Of a DNA stretch of 64,000 bases, positions 48,038 through 56,767 are shown piece by piece. The stretch comes from Candidatus Thorarchaeota archaeon (lineage in GTDB: Archaea; Asgardarchaeota; Thorarchaeia; Thorarchaeales; Thorarchaeaceae). Under the pieces are notes generated by a model. That model was not told where the DNA came from. It worked only from the letters and a program-made list of their open reading frames with translations, and did not search any database. The number at the start of each line of letters is the position of its first letter. Positions within the stretch are counted from its first letter, which is position 1. Both the position numbers and the translations under genes were made by a program. The stretch spans positions 19,809-83,808 of the forward strand of contig PRDJ01000036.1 of NCBI GenBank assembly GCA_003345555.1, written 5' to 3'.

Positions 48038-49225
48038 ATGGGGTCTCTTGCAGAACGAGTAAGTGAACAGCAAATCAAAGTCGTATCGTTCGCCTCGAAC
48101 AAGTTCGTCTGGCAACAAAAAGGCGACCTTCTATTCATAGCCCTGGTGTCGCAGGAAGACAGTGTAGAGATATACCGTGTGTTACTCCGGGACCTTGCAG
48201 ATCAGTTCGTAAGCACGTTCTACTCGGAACTGAAAAGTGGAACGAGTCAGTTCACTGTATTCAAAAGGTTCGCAGACACCGTTGAAGCTACACTTCAAAG
48301 GTTCGATGGTATTCCGGGTCTGGCCCGACGCTACAAGATAGGCCTCCTGCCTGCTGACGATCTGAAGCGGCTAAGGATTGTCATGGCGCAAGCGGAGAGG
48401 CGTCCTGGCGTGATGAGAGGAGCAGTAATCACGCGTGACGGCTTTGTGCTTGCCTCCAACCTTAGGTCATACGAGATGGAAGCCTTGCTGGATCTTCTGG
48501 ATAGTCTGAGTTCCGCTCCTAAGTTAGCTGAAAGGAGCCTGACTCTTTCCCATACGAGCTTGGACCCGTTGACGCGCTTTTTCGTCACTAGGGCGGAGAA
48601 TAACGTGTATTGTATATTCATCGTGAGTGCAGAGAAACCTGACAGCCAGCTCTTGAAGGGAGTTGAGCCTGTGCTCGCCGCTGTCGCTTCTCTTGACCAA
48701 ACAAGCCTGAAAAGAGTTCTCCCCACATATCTAGCCGAGTCGACCGGATTCTACGAATATGATTTGGTCATACCGTTGATCCCTGTTGCAGAGGCGCTAG
48801 ACAGCTCTAGCAGGTTTCTCGGCGGAATCGAGGACACCCTTCGAGCTAATGCTGTTACCGTCCTCAATATTGTAGACCAGAGGAACACAATCACTGACAT
48901 AGAAAGGAAGACGGGGTTTACGGCTGAGGAAACAACTGAAGTACTAGCCCATCTCGTCTCGAATGGCATTGTCAAAATAGCAAAGCTCTATCCCGTCATG
49001 GCTGAAAGGGACAGACGATTTGCGGCATTTCTTGAAGTCGCAGGAATGAATAATAGGGACTATCGCATAGTCGATGCCATCTGGCAGTATTGTACAGGAG
49101 CGTATTCGCTCAAGGAAGTGTCTGACGAAACAGAAATCCCCGCAGCTCGAATACTTGAGGTGCTCAAGTCGTTAGGCAAATACGTCAGATATGAGACAGA
49201 AAGGGTGATGCAACACGTGCGCTGA
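48038..49225 (+). CDS. Paralog of the 46930 gene with two wHTH repeats (395 aa). Homology extends upstream to about 47921 without a canonical start codon.
   Basis: 'ILREGGIPLFHYSVGGTKKLDELVAAFLSVMGSLAERV' is encoded in-frame upstream of the first ATG at 48038. There is an in-frame stop at 47882 and no ATG, GTG or TTG between. Confidence 0.45.
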   Translation: MGSLAERVSEQQIKVVSFASNKFVWQQKGDLLFIALVSQEDSVEIYRVLLRDLADQFVSTFYSELKSGTSQFTVFKRFADTVEATLQRFDGIPGLARRYKIGLLPADDLKRLRIVMAQAERRPGVMRGAVITRDGFVLASNLRSYEMEALLDLLDSLSSAPKLAERSLTLSHTSLDPLTRFFVTRAENNVYCIFIVSAEKPDSQLLKGVEPVLAAVASLDQTSLKRVLPTYLAESTGFYEYDLVIPLIPVAEALDSSSRFLGGIEDTLRANAVTVLNIVDQRNTITDIERKTGFTAEETTEVLAHLVSNGIVKIAKLYPVMAERDRRFAAFLEVAGMNNRDYRIVDAIWQYCTGAYSLKEVSDETEIPAARILEVLKSLGKYVRYETERVMQHVR

Positions 49226-49241
49226 CATAACGTCGAAGATA

Positions 49242-49979
49242 GTGTGTATCCATAGCTTCAGGGGTGGAACTGGGAAGTCCAATATAGCAGCCAATCTTGC
49301 TGCAGTCGCTGCCCTCGATGGAAAGAGAGTTGCTGTCATAGACACCGATGTGGCGTCACCGGGAATACATGTAATCTTTGGACTAGGCAGGCAAAAACTG
49401 AAACACACACTTAATGACTACCTACGCGGAGAGTGTGATATCAAAGACGCCTGTATGGATATGACGAGCGAACTTGGTATCAGGCGAGGACAACTGTTCT
49501 TGATTCCCAGTTCGATGAGCGCCACCGACATTACGCGTATTCTAAGAGAAGGTTTTGAGGTCAGCGATCTCAAGAACGGATTCACTGAAGTGATCAAGGC
49601 AAAGAACCTCGATTACCTCATTATTGATACGCATCCGGGTCTTGACCGCGAGACTCTGCTGTCGATGGCCACGACAGACTTCCTGTTCGTGGTAGCCAGA
49701 ATCGATGAGCAGGACCTACTCGGCACGGCAGCAACATTGAGCGTCGCCAGTAAATTGCAGGTGCCCGATACTCGAATTATCATCAACAAGAAGCCGAGCA
49801 TCTACGAAGACAAGGCGATAATCGAGGAAGTTGAGCGGAAGTTCAAGACGAAGGTCGTTACAATCATCCCGATGCTGCAGATTCTCACCGAGGTTGGTAG
49901 TAGGTACATCGTCTGTTTGAAACATCCAGAGAGTGAATTCACTCAGCGGATGCAGGAGATCTACTCAGTCATCAAATAG
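49242..49979 (+). CDS. MinD/ParA-family (SIMIBI) P-loop ATPase, GTG start
   Basis: Deviant Walker A 'FRGGTGKSNIAANLA' with Arg in place of the signature Lys. 'IIDTHPG'. Confidence 0.65.
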   Translation: MCIHSFRGGTGKSNIAANLAAVAALDGKRVAVIDTDVASPGIHVIFGLGRQKLKHTLNDYLRGECDIKDACMDMTSELGIRRGQLFLIPSSMSATDITRILREGFEVSDLKNGFTEVIKAKNLDYLIIDTHPGLDRETLLSMATTDFLFVVARIDEQDLLGTAATLSVASKLQVPDTRIIINKKPSIYEDKAIIEEVERKFKTKVVTIIPMLQILTEVGSRYIVCLKHPESEFTQRMQEIYSVIK

Positions 49980-50330
49980 CTCTGCATGCATTTCGTTTCA
50001 AGGCGAAAGCCAATCCCAACGTGGGACAAATATCAGTGCGAGAGCAGAGAGCAGAATAACCAACGATATGAGCAACACTATACACAGAAGATTCCCATCC
50101 GGTTTCCGGTCTAGATGCTGAAAGCGATGATGACGAAAACGATGGATACGAATCACTATCGGCTCACGGTTGGGCGGGCTTGCTCGCATATTAAGTTGGT
50201 GCAGCACTGCCCCTGTTGAAATCCTGTCACGATTCCTGCCTGTCCTCCGAACTCTGATGCGACCACTCGATAACTACTGCTCGTCGCCGCATTCTGGTGG
50301 CGTGACAAACTCTGTGGCCAGAAAGCAGGT

Positions 50331-50477
50331 CTATGTTACTTCAACCTTGGTGATTCGATCTAGGCTTACATCTTTCAGATTTGAAAGTACGGCCATGAAG
50401 ACATCTTTGACAATCTTACCAGCAAACTGATTCATCACGATTTTCTTTCCTTTCACATAGAGTTCGATTTCGGTCAT
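50331..50477 (-). CDS. Small ORF (48 aa), hypothetical
   Basis: Manual translation MTEIELYVKGKKIVMNQFAGKIVKDVFMAVLSNLKDVSLDRITKVEVT. GAGGT lies 9 nt upstream and A/T boxes precede it. Confidence 0.3.
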   Translation of the reverse strand: MTEIELYVKGKKIVMNQFAGKIVKDVFMAVLSNLKDVSLDRITKVEVT

Positions 50478-50484
50478 TTCGTTA

Positions 50485-50527
50485 ACCTCACAACGTTGAT
50501 GATGAATTCCGGCTTTTATGCTTTGGA
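50485..50527 (-). promoter_or_regulatory. Candidate SD (GAGGT) plus TATA-like boxes (ATAAAAG, TATATT) for the small ORF
   Basis: Read from the sequence on the minus strand: gctaTATATTccaaagcATAAAAGccgg...gtGAGGTtaacgaaATG. Confidence 0.25.
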
Positions 50528-50649
50528 ATATAGCATGAGCCGCTTCGTGGTTTTCAGCATGACCTTCGCTCGCTTAGTCCGATACGCATTTATACCACCA
50601 GAAGCGGTCGTTGTCGCGTTACATGGACCATCGCCCTGAGGACTGACGG

Positions 50650-52587
50650 ATGGTACAATCGATTTCTTCTGAAACAGCCGCCTCAGAATCTGAGGCAACT
50701 AAAGCTGTAGATAAGCTCGCAGGAATTGGTGGTCTTGTCGGAGCTGCAGCTGCTGTAATTGGGCTTGCATCATTAGCTTTAGCTGGCATGGTTCCCGCTG
50801 GTACGGTTCTTGAAATCCCTTCACTAGGGCTTGAGCTGACCCAGAACCACACGAATATCGTTATTTCAGCAGTCTTCGTTGCCATTCTGGCTCTCGGGTT
50901 GTTCCTCCAGTACAGGGGAGCAAGAGTGATTGGTTCGCTTACAGAATCAAGGGTATCAATGTTGACACTCATCACGGGAATCGTTGCCCTTGGCACGACC
51001 TCCATAATCTTGGGTGGCCTTGGTGTTCCTGCGATTGAATCTACTCCTGTCAATACCTACAGATCGTCGGTCGCATTGGGTGGTGCGGTTTTCATTATCA
51101 TGTGGCAGTTCGTTTCCATTACATACGTTGACTCAAGCAAGTCTTACAGGGGTATGGCAGCCGGCATGATGAACGGATTCTTTTTCCCTGCCCTAGCCAT
51201 CAATGCTGCGGCAGGTTATGCACTATTACTTGGCGGCCAGCTTGCCATGATGGTTTTCTGGTGGGGTCCAAGATCCCAGATAAGGGAGTTCGCCCGAAGC
51301 ACCGATACTGCCAAGTTCGCTTTTGGTTTGTCAGGATTCCTCACGTTCCTTATTGGCGGCTTTGCGGCCTTCGGGAGTGCACTCCAGTCTGTTGAAGGTG
51401 TTGGAGTCTGGCTGCCTTGGTCGAGCGCCACTGTTGTTGGATCAAAGGTAGTATACACAACTCCGCCTTGGTTTGTTCAGGCCCTTCTCTCATCCATGTT
51501 GTTCTGGTCATTATTAGGACCCAGATTGGGCGCACGAGAGCTGCGCGAGTCCCAGATTTCTGAAGATATTGTCAAGGGCGCTTCGAAGTACTTGATGATA
51601 TTCATGGCAATCCTGGGCATCATCGCCGCCGGTCAATGCGGCACAGGCGTTGCAACACCACGAGATTCGGATTTTCTTGTTCCGGCGTGGAGCATGTTCC
51701 AGTCATTGTGTCCCGCGGCTATTATGTTCCTCATGGGATCTAGCTATATGCGTTCGACTGATGTCGTGACGGGTCTGCCTTTGGTGTTGGCTTCTGTCTA
51801 TGCCTTGATAGGACCCTATGTTCTATCCAGCGTTGCTATCTTCACATGGGCACTCTTGATACTCACCCAAGGAATACTCACGATTGAGACGAAGTTCCGC
51901 AAGTTCACTCACTTCTCACAGAAGTTCCTAACCGTCATCGTGACCGTAGTACCTTCTGTACTCTTTGTCCTTTTCATGTTGGGCGCCTTTGGAAGCGGTC
52001 CTCCTGCCTTATGGCCTGCCAACAGATGGTTCAACGTCGCACTGCTTGCAGGAATTCCACCTGATGTTCAAGGACCCACGATTATAGCCACGGTTTTGAG
52101 CTGTCTGCTTGTCCGGAACGTAGCATTGTCCGGATATGCTTTCGGTCGTGGCTACAGCCGCACAGGAGTGATTGGTGGCGTCAGTTTCCTTTTTGCGTTG
52201 ATGATCATAACAATCTCCGGGAATGCGGGCGTCGTTCATCAGGCCCTGACAGCTGCGGCACTTTCCTTCGGCCTGTATGCCGTAAGCTATGTGCTTGTTC
52301 TTTCACTTAACCTGAACTTGGGCGCTGATATCCTGAAAGCGGGGCATCAGTTGGAAGGTCAGTTTGTAAGAGTAGCAGCTACTGCGGGCCTCGCGGCAGG
52401 AATACTAGTTGCCGTGTTCTTGTTCTTGGTATTCTCCGGAGCCCCTTTGGCTTCGGACATATCGATTGCCATCACTCTACTCGTCATGTTGATAGCAGGT
52501 ATCGAGATCACCTGTGTGATTACTTGGATCTCTGCCGGAATCAGACTCAAGATGTTAACAGAGGGTCTCAGACTCAAGATGCCGTGA
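50650..52587 (+). CDS. Large polytopic membrane protein (645 aa, more than 14 TM), unknown function
   Basis: Long hydrophobic ORF. Confidence 0.5.
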   Translation: MVQSISSETAASESEATKAVDKLAGIGGLVGAAAAVIGLASLALAGMVPAGTVLEIPSLGLELTQNHTNIVISAVFVAILALGLFLQYRGARVIGSLTESRVSMLTLITGIVALGTTSIILGGLGVPAIESTPVNTYRSSVALGGAVFIIMWQFVSITYVDSSKSYRGMAAGMMNGFFFPALAINAAAGYALLLGGQLAMMVFWWGPRSQIREFARSTDTAKFAFGLSGFLTFLIGGFAAFGSALQSVEGVGVWLPWSSATVVGSKVVYTTPPWFVQALLSSMLFWSLLGPRLGARELRESQISEDIVKGASKYLMIFMAILGIIAAGQCGTGVATPRDSDFLVPAWSMFQSLCPAAIMFLMGSSYMRSTDVVTGLPLVLASVYALIGPYVLSSVAIFTWALLILTQGILTIETKFRKFTHFSQKFLTVIVTVVPSVLFVLFMLGAFGSGPPALWPANRWFNVALLAGIPPDVQGPTIIATVLSCLLVRNVALSGYAFGRGYSRTGVIGGVSFLFALMIITISGNAGVVHQALTAAALSFGLYAVSYVLVLSLNLNLGADILKAGHQLEGQFVRVAATAGLAAGILVAVFLFLVFSGAPLASDISIAITLLVMLIAGIEITCVITWISAGIRLKMLTEGLRLKMP

Positions 52588-52664
52588 TGATAGCGTTTCC
52601 ATCACAAGCATTAGGCTCGATTGCTGATAGAGCTTGAAGGAGTCTCGGCTCTCATTGCGTGCAG

Positions 52665-53369
52665 TTACGCAGATGCAAGGTACGAACTCACGATTTTCCT
52701 TCCGATATCGGGGTAATCAGTAATAATGCCATCCACCCCCAATGACAGAAGCTCATTCATTATGCGGGCATCGTTCACTGTCCAGGGGAAGATCAGCAGA
52801 CCTGATTCATGAGCCAAGTTGGCATGCTCCGGAGTCAAGAGAAAGGCCAGTGGGTTGATTGCGTTTGCCCCAAAGTCCAAAGCATACTTGACCGGGTCGT
52901 CCATATATTCATCGTATAGAATCGCTGTCCCAACTTCTGAACTCATAGCCTTTAGATTCCTCAGAGTCGAATGCAGAAACGATGAGAAGAGGACCGAGCA
53001 TATCATGTTTCGCTCGGATACAATTCTAAACAGGACGTCCTCTATGCCTTTGACTTTGATTTCAATATCAACTCCGATTCTGCCGCGGGCGAAATCGAGC
53101 GCCTCTGTAAGAAGTGGTATCCTCTGGCCTTTGCCAACATCGAGACGCCTAATCTCCTCTAGTGTCATCTTAGCGACCAAGCCGCCGGTTTCCGAAACCT
53201 TTGAAACGTCACTGTCATGAATGCAGACTAGTTGACCGTCTGACGTGGCGCGAACATCTAGCTCTATCATATCCGCTTTCATTTTGTAAGCGGTCTCAAA
53301 CGACAGCATTGTGTTTCCAGGCGCATAACCGTAGGCGCCTCGATGACCTATGACAATCACTTTCTGCAA
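52665..53369 (-). CDS. Glycerophosphodiester phosphodiesterase (GDPD)
   Basis: 'VIVIGHRGAYGYAPGNTMLSFETAYKMKADMIELDVRATSDGQLVCIHD'. Confidence 0.75.
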   Translation of the reverse strand: MQKVIVIGHRGAYGYAPGNTMLSFETAYKMKADMIELDVRATSDGQLVCIHDSDVSKVSETGGLVAKMTLEEIRRLDVGKGQRIPLLTEALDFARGRIGVDIEIKVKGIEDVLFRIVSERNMICSVLFSSFLHSTLRNLKAMSSEVGTAILYDEYMDDPVKYALDFGANAINPLAFLLTPEHANLAHESGLLIFPWTVNDARIMNELLSLGVDGIITDYPDIGRKIVSSYLASA

Positions 53370-53420
53370 GAACTACTCCTCCATCAAGAACCTAGCAACG
53401 GTTTCCTTCCGAATATCTCT

Positions 53421-53717
53421 TCAATCGTCCGATCTTCCCTTGCCGGTTCCCCCGCACCGAGGACATGTCTCTGGTCCCTTGACGCCGGGCACCTTCCCGG
53501 TACCCTTGCAGAAGTAGCACTCAATTGCTGATGTATCAAGAGACCTGTCGATGCCTTTTGCCATTGCGCCGCCAACGCCCACTAGTACTACCCCTCCAAA
53601 CATCGCAACTAAAGAGACAATGTACAATTCCTGAATGGGCAGGAGGACAAAGAACGAGATGATGAATACTATGACACCCGCAACTAGTAGGCCAGCACCC
53701 TTTGCCTTTCTACTCAT
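53421..53717 (-). CDS. Small membrane protein with a DnaJ-type CxxCxGxG zinc-finger pair
   Basis: 2 TM helices, then 'CYFCKGTGK...CPRCGGTGKG'. Start trimmed to the internal Met. Confidence 0.4.
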   Translation of the reverse strand: MSRKAKGAGLLVAGVIVFIISFFVLLPIQELYIVSLVAMFGGVVLVGVGGAMAKGIDRSLDTSAIECYFCKGTGKVPGVKGPETCPRCGGTGKGRSDD

Positions 53718-53888
53718 CAGCCTGCACCCTGATATGTCTGCTATTCGCCAGATATGGTAAATCTGGTGGGTAACGTGCTTTTTCCGTCTTGCTGTGGGTC
53801 TATTTATACATCGTGCCTTCTCAATCCACGGTAGCAATCTACGACAAAGATAATAGCGCCCAGTCCAATCTCACGTAAAGGGAGTTCA

Positions 53889-54809
53889 ATGTCTCGGAGC
53901 GACATCTTCAGCAAATACGCACAAATGTACCAGAAAACGAGGTCACGTGAGATTGTTCCTGAAGGAGCCTTTGTCAGGCAGCTCACCGAGATTCCCCGCG
54001 TGGGTCTTGATATCGGTCTTTTTTTCAAGACTCAAAAGGCCGAACAACCTGCACAGGTCTACATAGGCGAACCTCTGCCGCGAGAGTTAGCCCGCAATGA
54101 GGGCTTCTTGGAATCAGAAAGAAGCACCTACTTCAGCAAGACACTCCTCTCCGGGTTTCGATCGCTCGAGTATCTCAAGATAGCCCTTTCCGCCCGACGT
54201 GTCTTGCACAAGAAAGACGAGCGAGTTGAGTTCTTGAAGAAGTGTCAGAGCATCATTGACCTTCTCGTTAGAAAAGCGAGAAACGTTATACTTGCCGGCG
54301 ACTTCTCACCATTCACTTTCGACACAAAAGTGAAGACTCTGGATTACTTCCTGTCAACCGACCTCGGGATGGATGAGGTTTCGGTCGAAGCCGCGGCGAT
54401 ACCTTTCACTATCGCTAGCCCGCAGTACCTCATGCTTACGAACAGCGAAATAATAGTGGTTGGAGAAGAGGCCCAAGTTCCTCACGGGGTGTTCTATTTC
54501 GTGGGCGGCATAGGCTACACTTTCGACAAGAAGGTGGGAGCCGTAAGCAAGGAACGGTTGTTCAAGCCGACCGGTGATCTCTCCGCTCAAGGAATAGACA
54601 ATGCGTACGTTGAGAGAATGATATCTCGGGTAACAGAGGATTTCCAGACGCAGATTCACTCCATCATCTTCTCAGACATCTGGAAGAAAAGCAGTGCGAA
54701 GCCTGTCGGGGTGAACTTCGACGGAGACATGTTGGTCAAGGCAGAACAAAGCAGTGATTTGTGGACGGGTGTTTTCGAGGTGTATCTAAGGCCGCCAAGG
54801 ATATCATGA
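53889..54809 (+). CDS. Hypothetical protein (306 aa)
   Basis: ORF only. Confidence 0.4.
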   Translation: MSRSDIFSKYAQMYQKTRSREIVPEGAFVRQLTEIPRVGLDIGLFFKTQKAEQPAQVYIGEPLPRELARNEGFLESERSTYFSKTLLSGFRSLEYLKIALSARRVLHKKDERVEFLKKCQSIIDLLVRKARNVILAGDFSPFTFDTKVKTLDYFLSTDLGMDEVSVEAAAIPFTIASPQYLMLTNSEIIVVGEEAQVPHGVFYFVGGIGYTFDKKVGAVSKERLFKPTGDLSAQGIDNAYVERMISRVTEDFQTQIHSIIFSDIWKKSSAKPVGVNFDGDMLVKAEQSSDLWTGVFEVYLRPPRIS

Positions 54810-54980
54810 AGGCCCAAGGGGTAGGAGCATAGCCAAGCAGACCAAGCGTTTGAAGCCTATCCTCGAAGGAGAAACCAGTTTGCCGAGCGTGGCAGGGCAA
54901 TCAAGGGATGAGAGGGGTTGCGTTTCGTACAAGTATAAGATAAATGGCAGTTCTGCAACCTATAGGACCGGCAGATACAG

Positions 54981-55250
54981 ATGTTGCAGGGCCTTCCTCC
55001 AGCGGTATACGAGATTCTTGCTATCTTCATAATCATCATCGCGCTTGTTTTCTGTTGCAGTTGTTGCTGTCGAAGAAGACAGAAGGTCGTGAAGGAAGTA
55101 CACTATGTGGAAAGGCCTTCTGAAACTCCAGGCACGAGGGTCGTAGAAACCCAGAGGGTCATAGAGAAGGTCTTGGTAGTGTGTCCGTTCTGTGGTGCCA
55201 AGAACGAACAGGGGATGACCATCTGCAAGAATTGCGGCGCTAAAATCTGA
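54981..55250 (+). CDS. Small membrane protein with a C-terminal zinc ribbon
   Basis: TM helix 'ILAIFIIIIALVFCCSCCC' and 'CPFCGAKN...CKNCGAKI'. Confidence 0.35.
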   Translation: MLQGLPPAVYEILAIFIIIIALVFCCSCCCRRRQKVVKEVHYVERPSETPGTRVVETQRVIEKVLVVCPFCGAKNEQGMTICKNCGAKI

Positions 55251-55395
55251 GAAGAAGAGAGTATGTCTCGTTCTTCGTCTCACGTTGTGCGACCCCACTC
55301 AATGCGATGCTCATGAAATAGCCATCAAGTGACAAAGCGGCCATCCGTCCTCCGCAACCAGCAAGCAGAATACGTGGAACTCGCCACTGTCCAGA

Positions 55396-56598
55396 TTGAA
55401 CACGATGTACGATGTTGCCATAGTAGGCGCAGGACCCGCCGGATCAACAGCTGCAAGGTACCTGGCCAAGCTGGGCTTCAGTACTTGTCTCATTGACAAG
55501 TGTGGATTTCCCAGAGACAAACCGTGCGGCGGGGGCTTCTCTCCTCAGCTGCTCGAAGAATTCAGCTACCTGAAAGCTAGAGAAGACAGCTTTGCTGTGA
55601 GTATCTCGAAGACAGGCGTCCTTCATCCCAGGGGTCGGCTGGTCGCTCTCAGAGGTCGAGCAGATATGATGATGACACTGAGAGAGCAATTCGATAACGC
55701 GTTGCTCAATGAAGCCATCGATTGTGGGGCCCAGCCACTGACTTCCTGTAGGGTCAAGTCTGTTCAAGCCAGCAAAGAGAAGGTACTAGTTCATACTTCT
55801 GAGGGAAAGGTTGTCGAGACAAAGGCCATTGTCGGCGCCGACGGAGTCAACAGCACCGTTGCCCGGGAGACAGGTCTCAACGTACGATGGCCCGCGGGAT
55901 CGTTGACCGCGTGCAAAGTCATGGAGATTCCTGTCAATGAGTCGCGCATTACAGACTACTATGGCGAGGACAGGGAGTATCATTTCTTTGCGAACTTCGG
56001 AGGTCGTCCCGGCTATGGCTGGCTGTTTCCAAAAATCAATACTGTCAATGTGGGACTAGGTATTGTGACTAATGCCGGCGGAAGTCTGGTAGAACAGTTC
56101 TCTCTGTTTGTCAAGATGCTTCAGCATGAAGGACTTCTCATTCCTAGCGCCGAACCAGACTGTGCAAGGGGAGCTCTGGTTCCTACTGCGGGTCCAGTAC
56201 CATGCACGATAGTAGACCGCGCACTTCTGGTAGGTGACTCTGCAGGCATGGTTAGTCCTTTGACTGGTGGAGGGATAGCCTATGCCATGCGTGCAGGCAA
56301 GTTTGCTGCCATTGCCCTCGCAGGGGCCCTAGAGCGGGAAGATCTCCGCGCCAAGTCACTTCTAACATATCAGAGAGCTTGGCAGCACAGCTTTGGACGT
56401 GATATGAAGCGTCAGCTGATTGCCCAGAAGCTTTTCACGAGCTCGATTGCCAATACCCTGTTTGAGATAGGCCATCGCGATTTGAAACTACAAGATATGG
56501 TAGCGCATCTGATGGCATCTGGCTCGACCAGCGCGGCCACTGCGGCAAGGATCGTTGGCAGGGTAGTATGGGTTTGTCTTAGGGAAGTTCTTCACTAG
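55396..56598 (+). CDS. Geranylgeranyl reductase family FAD-dependent oxidoreductase
   Basis: 'YDVAIVGAGPAGSTAARYLAKLGFSTCLIDK' Rossmann motif plus 'CGGG'. Confidence 0.75.
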   Translation: MNTMYDVAIVGAGPAGSTAARYLAKLGFSTCLIDKCGFPRDKPCGGGFSPQLLEEFSYLKAREDSFAVSISKTGVLHPRGRLVALRGRADMMMTLREQFDNALLNEAIDCGAQPLTSCRVKSVQASKEKVLVHTSEGKVVETKAIVGADGVNSTVARETGLNVRWPAGSLTACKVMEIPVNESRITDYYGEDREYHFFANFGGRPGYGWLFPKINTVNVGLGIVTNAGGSLVEQFSLFVKMLQHEGLLIPSAEPDCARGALVPTAGPVPCTIVDRALLVGDSAGMVSPLTGGGIAYAMRAGKFAAIALAGALEREDLRAKSLLTYQRAWQHSFGRDMKRQLIAQKLFTSSIANTLFEIGHRDLKLQDMVAHLMASGSTSAATAARIVGRVVWVCLREVLH

Positions 56599-56767
56599 TG
56601 CGGCAGGGCGCAACAAAACCAAGAACCGCCCAGAGGCATATCACTGGCCTGCCGGCCGGGTCATCGTAAAAGGCCATTTACATAGACGAACGAGGGTCCC
56701 AAAGGGATAAATGGAGCATAACAATCGCTCCGCATACTTCCCTTTGTCATAACAGAGGAGAGAGATA

